This document shows positions 12,328 to 22,898 of a stretch of 64,000 nucleotides of DNA, one piece after another. The DNA comes from Tubulanus polymorphus (lineage: Eukaryota; Animalia; Nemertea). The position numbers and the translations under genes were made by a program. A model generated the notes under the pieces. The model was not told the DNA's origin, ran no database searches, and worked only from the letters and a program-made list of their open reading frames with translations. The stretch lies in NCBI RefSeq assembly GCF_964204645.1, contig NC_134033.1, positions 5,356,231 to 5,420,230 of the forward strand. Reading direction: 5' to 3'. The first letter of the stretch is position 1; the number at the start of each line of letters is the position of its first letter.

Positions 12328-15300
12328 AAAAATCCTACCCCTTAGTGATTTTTAACTACTAAGAGTTGAAAATCCCAACTACAACTACAACTCTTATGCG
12401 AGCCCCTGTGGGGACACTCAATCAAAAAATCAAACTAAATTGACCAACCAAATTAATAACAAGGACAATCCCTATTTTAAGATCAAAAGATTGCCTGATT
12501 TTTGCTTTGAAATATTTTATCGAATTCAAATCATTTTTGACGATGCAATAACGTAACCGATTTTGTATTCTGAGGTGATAATCAGACGATGTCGCGCTTT
12601 CCGCACATAGTCGGTAAATTCCGTCAAATCTCCGATATCCAGGAGGAGATTCTCGGCCACTATAATTATATTGAATATAAATGTCTATGGTTCAGATAAT
12701 ATCTGACCGGCATACACGAAATGGAGTATCATATTGATTAAATCAATCAATTTATATATCAGGGCAGATGTATATCGTGTTAGAATGTTTTAATTGACGC
12801 CGGGACCAGTTGGCAGCTGACATCTTGCAAACCAATAGCTTCCGAGGAGCTCAGCCGACATAACCTCATAAACGTATTCCCGTTCCCGCTAGATGGCGGC
12901 CGAGTCAATAATACCCTATCTTACAGCCGTCATCCTCCAATTCAATTCAATTCAATATTTATTTCACGGAAAAGCAGAACAATCGAATCATAAGAAAGCT
13001 AAACAAATTTTAAAAAAAGAACGAAAAAATAAAGAAAGCTCCCCGAGAGCTATGTCCCCTGGTGGCGATATAGAGTTCTTGCTATGACGGCGCTCCATAG
13101 TGATGGGCAGACATTTTTTTAATAGAGTAGATGTATTGCATTGGGCAGAAGTTGGCGGAGAGCTCTCCCCTTTTCTTCAAAAAATCCCTAATTCTTCAAA
13201 GTAGTTAAAAATCCCCCTCCTTTTGAATGGAGTGTGCGTAGATACAATCTTAAGGTCATTCAATTCATATTATTCATACATATACCCAATTTACTCACTG
13301 TGGAACACCGTGGTAAGCATATCATGAGCATACAAACTATAGTATAAACTATTTGCATTAAAACATACCTCAAATTAACAGTTCATTAATACTAAATTAG
13401 TACTTACAGTTATCGCAAAGCTTAATGAAAGGGTTCATCGCACATTTCAAATATATAACACTAGCGTGAATCTAAAAATCTTTCAAGTTCATTATTGTTT
13501 ATAATTCATGGCATCGCACAGCTGAAATATGCCACAAGTTAACACGAGATCACAGTTCAAAAATATTCAAGTTCTTATTCTTATTAATTCTAACAGTTTA
13601 TTTTATTCTAAGAGTTTACTTAAGAATCTATCGCAACGAAACATTTCATTGCACAGTTCAAATATATTTCAGTCTGAATGCAATATGAACGAAATTGGCG
13701 AATCATCTCACTTTGAAATGTTCTTGAAAATCACCGAGTGGGTATTTTACCTACTTTAGATATTTGGGGTTTTTTTACCAACAACCAGAGTCATCGTTAG
13801 TTTTCTGGTTTTATTTCGAAAAACAAGGGCATCTTTTTGCTCTGTATCGCCCGTATGACGTCACGCACAGCAGCGCCATACAATGATTCAATAAGTAGGC
13901 CTAAAATTAACCGTCGATATTTTTCACCAGTAATAAGTAAACTCATGAGATAATGAAAATCCCACAATGATAATGAAAGACTAAGTCCGAAAATATTTTC
14001 AAGAGCCAGTAGTTTATTCGATATTTCGACTTTATTCTAATAGTCATCTTCAAGAATACTGTATTCCTCGAGCTCATAGTTTATTCAACGTTTCGACTAT
14101 ATTCTAATAGTCATCTCCGGGGGATGAATGAGTTGCACCAGAAATTATGAAATATATATACAATCCAAGAATTATCAATATTATTATAACCATTATGAAC
14201 GCTATTGTTATCATATTTGCGATTAGAATTATGATTATCTTGTTACTATTATGATTATTATTCATTACTATGAATTACTGCGTTCGTGTATTAATTAATC
14301 AATCATTTTTTTCTCATGGTTGTACGTAAAATACAAGCTCTGCTTCCTATGTTAACCAATCTGTGATATTGTAACATTTCATATCGTTTATAAATATTGA
14401 AATCACTCATTATGATGAATGATTTTCATATGTGTTTTGTTACAATTTTTCAGAAAAATAAAGCTATGTAATCTAAATTGATTTAAGATATACACAAGAA
14501 AGACGAAAAATGAAATTTACACAAGACACAAGAAGACGACGATAGTGTGGAAACGCCATCTTGAAATAAAAAATATCGACGTATTCTAAGTGGCCTTACT
14601 AAGCGCCGATTCACGTGTAAGCGCAAATCGCTTGTGTAAGCGCGGTATTCCGACAAATTCGGCATCGCACAAGTACAGTACTTCGTGTGAAAGCAACTAT
14701 TTTCAATGGATATGATGCTTTTTCTAGTTAGAATGGTTCGAGAAATTTTGTAAATATATCATTCTAAATGAATCCTAAATTCTGAATTTTATCTGAAAAA
14801 AACTCGGAACGCTCTCGAATACCTAATCATTGACATATATTCTAAAATTTCGAATGACGATTTCTATTTCTATTTTGTAAGCCGCTTATTTTTTCACTCA
14901 TAAGCGGTTTAACATGGTATTAAATCACATTCGAAAGTATCTAATAACCGTTAATTTCGGACTTTGACGTCAACTATTGGGAATCGCCTAAAACAGCCGA
15001 AAAAACCAGGCAAGTGACGTCATTTTCATAAAATCTTACTGAGTCTAGTTTTCTTGCTAAGTTCCTTACTACCTATAGTAATAATCAACTAAGTTAGACA
15101 AATTTTATGAATATGGCTGATGGGGAGAATTAACTCTATGCGGAGCTAGTTCATCGGCTGTTCGTTATTGAAATCGTCGATTCTGAATTCAAAGCCGATT
15201 GAAATTCGTTGTTTCAGAGCAACGTTTATGATACAAAATTCGTTTGATTCCAAGACAAATGCCGGAATTAATACATCGTTACACAGGTTATATACTTATA

Positions 15301-15348
15301 ATATATCATTGTTCATTTGATTTAAAAGTTCTTTCTTTGATTTTCAGA

Positions 15349-15412
15349 ATGTATAAAACACTGTTTATTGCCTTGGCCTTGTTTATGGCCATCGGAGCCA
15401 TAGCCGCAGAAG
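15349..15412 (+). CDS. Signal-peptide-encoding exon of an unknown secreted protein (MYKTLFIALALFMAIGAIAAE)
   Basis: Pyrimidine-rich acceptor ttttcag|A-ATG at 15347/8; classic n-h-c signal peptide; phase-1 donor G|GTAATT at 15412/3. Confidence 0.6.
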
Positions 15413-16033
15413 GTAATTTCTAAACAAAAAATAATTCAGTTAACTCGACCGCCGATCACACAACTATATCTGTACTTCGATTTCCGATCTCCGATTTCAA
15501 AATCAAACTCCGTTTCCCGGCAGGTGTGGTGGGTTTGATAACAATTTTTGAGAGGATGTGCGCTACGTCATCAGTATATGCGGGTAAGACCGGTTGCCAG
15601 TCATTATACAATTATCGATATTCAAAATTAAAATAACTTTATTGATCTTTAAAATTTATATCAGATGATATATGAAATATCTATCATTTATCATTTTACT
15701 TCATTTCATTTGTGAAACTCTTTGTCTTAATACAAAGACAATTGGAGTGATATATACAGTACATAAAAATATACATTATATACGACGTATAGCAGGTACA
15801 TACCTAATTAGATACTGGTTTACATGTGAGCTATCTTTAAGGAAAAGTGAAAAATCACACAATTTTGCCAATAAAAATACAAAGTTCGGCTCTGTCTTTG
15901 TCGACATCATTATGCAATGTGCTATCTTTCGAGGCGTCAATATATTTTCAAGTTATTTTCTTGTTTATCATCCGTTTTCAGGTTCGAATCGTCCGTAATA
16001 ACGTCCGTTCGAATCGTCCGTAGCCCTGATAAT

Positions 16034-16336
16034 TCAAAATTGTCTATGATGAAGGGGGCCCTTCCACAGCTGAGCCGTACTCAAAAACATACGTAAGTAG
16101 CACAGACATGTCTTTTGAGTAAAATAGCTGCGGAAGTTTATGAAGATTTGGGCTTTCTTGAAAATATTCTGAAATGCATAAAATAGTTTTCGGAGGTCTT
16201 CAAAGAAACTACGCTCTAAAACAATATGATACTCATCGCCGATTTTGTTTAGGCTACATTCGGTACAAATTCGTTCTTCTATATCGATGTATTTACGTAT
16301 CTGCCTGTTTCTACCGGTAAACACTGGTTCGAGCAT
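16034..16336 (-). mobile_element. Degenerate 3' fragment of an RTE-X-like LINE
   Basis: ERICTECSLNKIGDEYHIVLE resembles the C-terminal zinc knuckle ERVCNKCNENTIGDEYHFILKC of the LINE at 20163-22898. Confidence 0.8.
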
Positions 16337-17693
16337 CGGAATTTCATCGTTTTTATATCTAGATCAGAGGTTATTGTCAATGTCTTTGATGATGAGTAAG
16401 AATGATAATTGCAACCGTCTTAAAAATTGCTAATAACGTCTAAAAAACCATTATGCAGTGTCATTATTGTAAATTATCATAACTGTTATTGCTGTAAATA
16501 TTATGATGTGTATCATTATTATTTGCATAAATGATCTCATTTTACCTGATGTATTCACGAACTCGGAAATGGGCAACTCGGAATATAATAGCTAACATGA
16601 AAAAGATTTATCTATTATTTTGTTATCTTTTTCGATCCTGAACGCGGACTTTGCTTAACTCGACTAAACTTGCATGTTAAGGTTTAGGTCCAAAACGTTG
16701 TATACATTTTTCAATGATCCATAGGGAAGAGGTATTAACGAATAAAAACCCAAAGTTAGATCTGTAGGAAACTGTTTATTTCCACACGGTTTCGAGGTTA
16801 AAACTAAACCTAATCTTCAGAGGAACCAAAAATACAATAATAAGGGTTGAGGTGTGTTTATCAGTATAACTATAACGGACCCTCGATTGGCACAGTAGGA
16901 TTACTTGATATTTCTCGTCGAATCTGAGAAATTGAAATTCATTCAAGCTCATCACCCGAATATATGTCACGCGAATTTTTTTGTCGTTTCTTTTTTCATC
17001 TTGTCTTTTAAAATCATGCTGTGAGTTGTTGAACGTTGAAACGACTGTAAGACGTCATCACATCGAGTGGGTTAAATCTGCAGGAAGAAGTTCCACGAGG
17101 TCGACGGCCAAAAATACATTGATCATTGGGTCCTGTCCCCGAAACAGGTGGTGCGACTGTTGCCATCAGTTGACTTCTTGCCTTCTAAATTGTATGTGCT
17201 GGTTATGATACTCGCATCTGAGGCGGAGAGACTAAACTGGTATCGTGCAATCAATTCAATTCAATTTTCAATTCAAATATATTTATCTGCATAAAATAGG
17301 CAAACATATATACAATCTACGCAGGCCTAGCAATGCCAGAAAGGCCGCTTAACGCTAGCACCCGTACGAAAAAACAAAACTAGGCACCGTAACAAATTAT
17401 ACAAATAGAATTAATAATATGACTCAGCAGGAATGTGGATGCGTAATTATTGCGTGATTTAATATTAATTACACAGTTTGGGGATTCAATAATCCTAAAT
17501 GACAGTTACAACAGTTGATATTATCGCCTCATCCTCGTCTACGAAGTCGTAGACCGGGTACTTGCCCAGAAACAAAAACAGCATTGACCCTTAAAACTAT
17601 ACTACTCAGATGAACTCAGTTTATTCGTAAAGAAATAGTTCGCGCAACAGTTATAGAAATGAAACCGCTTAAATAAAATGAGGAACAAAATTT

Positions 17694-17765
17694 AGGGGAC
17701 ACCCGGACTTGAACCAGGGACCTCTCGATCTGCAGTCGAATGCTCTACCACTGAGATATATCCCC
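17694..17765 (-). tRNA. tRNA-Cys(GCA), G10>U variant (probably impaired or a pseudogene)
   Basis: Reverse complement reads GGGGATATATCTCAG...GCA...TTCAAGTCCGGGTGTCCCCT; the G10>T change at 17756 breaks the first D-stem pair and the A-box. Confidence 0.9.
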
Positions 17766-17852
17766 TTCGACACTGGTGAACCAACGGCTCGATTCTTCTG
17801 TGTTCTGATCTCAAATCGATTATAATCTAGATAATCAAATGGTAAAATTATA

Positions 17853-18002
17853 AGTAATATGGTATGTGTTGTTTCATACCAGAGGTCGAAAGGTCAAACT
17901 CGCAAAAAATGAAAATTAATTCTCGCACGCTCGAATTTATTTTTATTTTTCACTCACCCACCCCTTCAACTTCTGATTTGAAACAACACATACCCTATTA
18001 CT
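17853..18002. mobile_element. Same ~150-bp MITE family, inserted into the inverted duplicate
   Basis: AGTAAT.TGGTATGTGTTGTTTCA / TGAAACAACACATACCCTATTACT; absent from the source segment near 10425-10435. Confidence 0.8.
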
Positions 18003-20162
18003 ATTCCATTCAACCATCAATTTAGAATGTCGCCAGATGTTCAGATCAGATGGCGCACTCGTGCAGTGCCCGTACTTCAGAAACTAATTAAGGTAAGGCA
18101 AACAAGAGGATTACAAATGAATGAAACGATAGATCGAAGGGAACGTGAAAGTGTAAGAAATCCCACAATAATTTCAGTCAAATATGGAAAGTTCTTGAGT
18201 TTAAATGAGTTTTTATATTTCAAGAAACGTTTCGGCTAAAAACTGATACCTATCATCAGGCGTAGCTAGCGTCTTACATATTCTTCAAACACGGATATTG
18301 TGTATCATCTCGACCTGACACAATAAATGCTGAGCTAAACGAAATTGTAGAGAAATTTAGAAATAATTGATGAAATCATCAGAGTGTATCAGGATTCTAT
18401 ATGATATCGTCACAACACGCATCTAATGTTTCATCGATGTTTAACAATCGCGTTTCTTCTTCGCGAATATCAAATTGCGATAACTAGAATCGTCGAACGC
18501 GAAGTCGGCTGAACTCGACCGGATCGTCAGATTCCGCTGAAGATATCTTCCAGACAATCGTAAGTTAAATACTCGAAATCCTGATAGAGTTTATTCAGAA
18601 AAAGTTTCTTGTTCGTCGACGGCACCAACTTCGACAGGTCACCGACTCCCGGAATGCAGATGTCGTTTCTGAATCGACCTTGACATTGAATGGCCTTCCC
18701 GCCCATATAATGACCGCCCATTAATATCTTAAATGAGTCAGCCAAATCGTTGATGATATATCATTTTCAAAGATAGATTTTGTTTCAGTTGTTTAATTCT
18801 GGATGGATTTACCGATCTTTACCGATTTACTTACTATTCAACTCGAGAATCCGTTTTAACCTTTTCAGTGCGTTTACACAACAGTTCGATAAATGAACAA
18901 GTGATGGGTTTTGCTAGTACACCGCACCGCGGTGTATTAGTATGATAAGTAATTAGTTTTTGTCCCTAATGAAAGATAGCAACACCTGCCAAACGCTTTT
19001 GGATATAAGTAACTAACGATACACCGTACCGCGGTGTAGACGCACTGAAGCGTTGTACGCACAACACTAGAGTAGAATATTTATAATTTTCGAACCTCCA
19101 GCACTTTAAGATTCAGCACCGAAAGAATGTTAACGTCACTTTAGAATCTATTTTTTGACGCCATGTTAAACCAACTTTTCGTTCTAACGCCATCGGATCG
19201 CTTGAAATATATTGCTAAGATTTGAACGTTCCATATTTTCCTAGTGGCGCTGCTATCGCTGACTTAGGCTTTAAATCCTGATAAGCAGGCCAGGTAGAAT
19301 AGAAAAATGTCGTCATAGGAGGTTGACTGAAATTGTGTCTCCTCTCAGTAAAATTAAACAGACGAGACGAAAATGTGTGCGTTTTAGGATCTATGTTACA
19401 TCTTTATTGTAACTACAATACTACGATTTTATTTTTTTCAAATTCAAAATTCCGACGAATAATCGCGAATTCGTCGTTAATTCCAGTTTCGAGTTGTTCT
19501 TTGTGCCATGTAAAAACCAACTTTCTGTTTCAACGCCACGATAGAACCACTTCAATACCTCATAGTCTAATCGTTAACCTGGTCTTATTCGTTCTTGAAA
19601 ATAGGGATTAGCCCTGTTATATATCTTATTTGTCTTATTCGTTTTAGCGCCACGATATAACTATTTCATAACGCCTCGTCGAAACCAACCGTTACCTAAT
19701 CAAAACGAAAACTAACTGTTTAAACGTGACAATAAAACGAAAACAGACTGTCGGAGATTATGTCTAATTTTTTTTCATATTGAATCAGCCACTTTTCGGA
19801 ATTGTTTTGGAGTAATTTTGCGCAAACAACAATCTACTACTTTTACATTACGTTAAGTACGTTAAGTAATGAGTTTGGTGCTAACACATCGCAGGCGTGA
19901 GTGCAGGAAAACAGCGTTAGCGTGTTTACCATCGTCAGTAAACACCGTGATTACTTGATTAAGATGACCAGACGCAGGAAATTTCTGGTAATAGCTACAT
20001 TAGCGGTACCTCATTATAGTAATGGCAAAAATTGTCATTGCCAGTTTATTCCACTACGAGAGCCGCCGCACCTACCTTCGGAACTACCCGGCATCGAAGT
20101 TCAAGGTCGTGTAGAACAACGCTTCCGGCATCATCGTATCGCGCAGCCAGTAGTAGAACTCT

Positions 20163-22898
20163 AATGTTATGGACTTTGACCGTATACTGTCCGATGTTCA
20201 TTGTGCTATTTATTGTACTCTAGCCTCAGATTGTAATATTGAAAGGAATGAGTTTCTACCACCCAGAGAGAAGGGCAAAATCCGGTGGTCAAAAGATAAA
20301 GAGGGTCTCTTTAGGAATGCTATTGACCAACAGAAATTAAGTCAGTTAAATCTTGATCTAAACGATAACAAAATAAATTGTGAAACTGCGAATAATATTT
20401 CAACGGAGACATTGATTGGAGCTTCCGAACGTACAATGGGTAGAAAAAAGATTGTTTCAAAAAATAATCGTAAAAAGCCGTTTTTATCTGACCGTGAAGT
20501 TTTAAAACACCGAAAATGTTATAGGCGAGCAAGAAAGAGCTGTAAAAGACACCCAACACCACAACGAAGAACACACATGAATTTGGCTTATAGGAAATAC
20601 AATTTGGCTATTAAAAAAGCGAAACAAAAATACCTTTTGGATCAAATAACCTTTTGAAAAAACTGTCGAAAACCGATCCAAGAGCTTATTGGAAGTTTTT
20701 TTCTAAAGCCAAACAAAATGTTTGTAAAGCCTCCCTATCTGACCTTTTTCATCATTTTTCAAAACTAAATCAAATACCAACAGACGACGACGATGATAGT
20801 AATTATTTTGATGTAAATAACTTTATCGATGTTGACAATGACGACGCCCTCAATCGAGTCATTACGGAATCGGAAATTTCTAAATGTATAAAGAAACTTA
20901 AGAATAACAAGGCACCTGGATGTGACGAGATACTGAACGAATTCCTTAAAACCTCTGAAGATATAATAATGCCCACTTTAGTCAATCTCTTTAATAAGGT
21001 CCTGGAAACTGGGATTATCCCTGAGAACTGGACAATTGGTAAAGTTACACCTATTTTTAAGAACAAAGGCGAGCCACGTGATCCGGACAATTATCGGGGA
21101 ATCACATTACTGAGTTGTATTAGTAAGTTATTCACAAGTATATTAAACGATCGTCTCCATGAATTTCTTGAATCAAATGAACTCCTGAATAGAAATCAAG
21201 CCGGATTTCGAAAAAATCATAGCATTTTGGATCACATTTTCACCCTTCACTCAGTAATTGACACCCTTTTTAGTAAGAAGCGAAAGCTCTATTGTATTTT
21301 TATTGACTACCAAAAGGCATTTGATACAATATGGCGAAAGGCACTGTGGCACAAACTTATCTCAACAGGTATCACCGGAAATATCCTAAACGTAATTCAT
21401 AATATGTATAAACATATCAAATCCATGGTTCACGTGCAGGGTCAATCCTCAGGTTGTTTTCTTAGTAACATAGGATTGAGACAAGGGGAAAATTTATCGC
21501 CAGTGCTTTTTTCTATATTTGTCAATGACCTTGAGGCTTCATTAATTGAAAGTGGTTGTCAAGGGATTTCATCTCCCTTCGAAAACGAAGATCTATGGGT
21601 TCAGCTACTAGTTCTGCTGTACGCAGATGATACGATCTTATTGGCCGATAGTGCAAGTGCACTTCAGAAAAACCTCGATATGTTGGTCGCTTATTGTAAA
21701 AGGTGGAAATTAGTAATCAATATTAGTAAAACTAAAGCCATTGTATTCGAAAAAAGGAAGTCTATTAGACAACCCGTATTTAATATCGATGGAGTATTAA
21801 TCGAAACTGTATCTGAATTTAAATATTTAGGTGTGCTTTTTAATTATACAGGAAACTTTGCAAAATGTAAAAAGCTGATTTGTGAACACGCAAAGAAGGC
21901 GCTTATATTTGTTCTTAAGAAAGTTCAACATTTTTCTCTTGACTTTGATACTGCTTTCCAAGTCTTTGACTCAATGGTTGGATCGATTTTAACATTTGGT
22001 TGTGAGGTGTGGGGCTTTGGAAATTTTGATGTTATTGAAAAAATTCATTTAACATTTTGTAAATATCTGCTAAGCCTCAAGAGGTCAACACCAAATTTGA
22101 TGATATACGGTGAGACAGGAAGGTTTCCATTTGAAATTCGTATCAAAGTTCGTATGGTAAAATTTTGGGGACACTTGATCCTGCATGAAGAGACATACTC
22201 TGGTAAAATGTACCGCATTCTTTATAATAGTCATTTAAATGGTTCGCAAAGTAAATGGATATCCTGTATCAAATCAATCTTACAGAATTGTGGTCTTGGT
22301 AATATATGGTTGGAACAAACTTTTCCGAATATTCCCTACCTTGGGGAACTCGTAAAACTTAGATTAGAAGATCAATTTAAACAGACATGGCATGGATCGA
22401 TGGTACTATCCTCTAAATTAGATACGTATAGAATATTTAAAACTGATTGGGGACAAGAAAAATATCTTTCATCACTACCACGAAGTTTAAGAATCTCACT
22501 ATGTAGATTTAGATGTTCCAACCATAAATTACCAATAGAGACTGGTAGATATGAAAACAAACCACGGAACGAACGAGTTTGTAATAAATGTAACGAGAAT
22601 ACTATTGGGGACGAATATCATTTCATACTGAAGTGCGAATTTTTCAACGCTTTTAGAATTTTGTATATACCTAACAGATATAGAATTGGCGCAAATCATT
22701 ATAAATTCAAGCAATTGCTCAGTAATGAAAACCTGTATTACAGTCTATCTAAATACATTACGACTGCTACACGGTTGTTATAGCTAGGGCTATTAATATG
22801 TATAAATTTGCCAGCTTTTATATTTATACTATTCATACTATTTTGTTATGCTCGGAAAAATTGTATATCTTTTTTGGAGCAATAAACTAAACTAACTA
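20163..22898 (+). mobile_element. 5'-truncated non-LTR retrotransposon (RTE-X-like LINE) inserted in the pseudogene exon
   Basis: Flanked by AACTCT duplication (20157-20162 and 22899-22904). Starts at the end of the APE endonuclease (LSDVHC); one frameshift near 20650; AATAAA plus (TAAAC/AACT)n tail. Confidence 0.92.
20654..22783 (+). CDS. LINE ORF2 reverse transcriptase with C-terminal CCHC zinc knuckle (709-aa open segment)
   Basis: KAPGCD, NYRGITLLS, QAGFR, FIDYQKAFD, GLRQGENLSP, LLYADD, FKYLG, SNHKLPIETGR...CxxC...DEYHFILKC. Confidence 0.95.
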   Translation: MKKLSKTDPRAYWKFFSKAKQNVCKASLSDLFHHFSKLNQIPTDDDDDSNYFDVNNFIDVDNDDALNRVITESEISKCIKKLKNNKAPGCDEILNEFLKTSEDIIMPTLVNLFNKVLETGIIPENWTIGKVTPIFKNKGEPRDPDNYRGITLLSCISKLFTSILNDRLHEFLESNELLNRNQAGFRKNHSILDHIFTLHSVIDTLFSKKRKLYCIFIDYQKAFDTIWRKALWHKLISTGITGNILNVIHNMYKHIKSMVHVQGQSSGCFLSNIGLRQGENLSPVLFSIFVNDLEASLIESGCQGISSPFENEDLWVQLLVLLYADDTILLADSASALQKNLDMLVAYCKRWKLVINISKTKAIVFEKRKSIRQPVFNIDGVLIETVSEFKYLGVLFNYTGNFAKCKKLICEHAKKALIFVLKKVQHFSLDFDTAFQVFDSMVGSILTFGCEVWGFGNFDVIEKIHLTFCKYLLSLKRSTPNLMIYGETGRFPFEIRIKVRMVKFWGHLILHEETYSGKMYRILYNSHLNGSQSKWISCIKSILQNCGLGNIWLEQTFPNIPYLGELVKLRLEDQFKQTWHGSMVLSSKLDTYRIFKTDWGQEKYLSSLPRSLRISLCRFRCSNHKLPIETGRYENKPRNERVCNKCNENTIGDEYHFILKCEFFNAFRILYIPNRYRIGANHYKFKQLLSNENLYYSLSKYITTATRLL

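Noticed and set aside
20163-22898. Autonomous active retrotransposon or domesticated RT gene
   Set aside because: 5'-truncated within the endonuclease, frameshifted, and bounded by a target duplication, as expected for an ordinary insertion.
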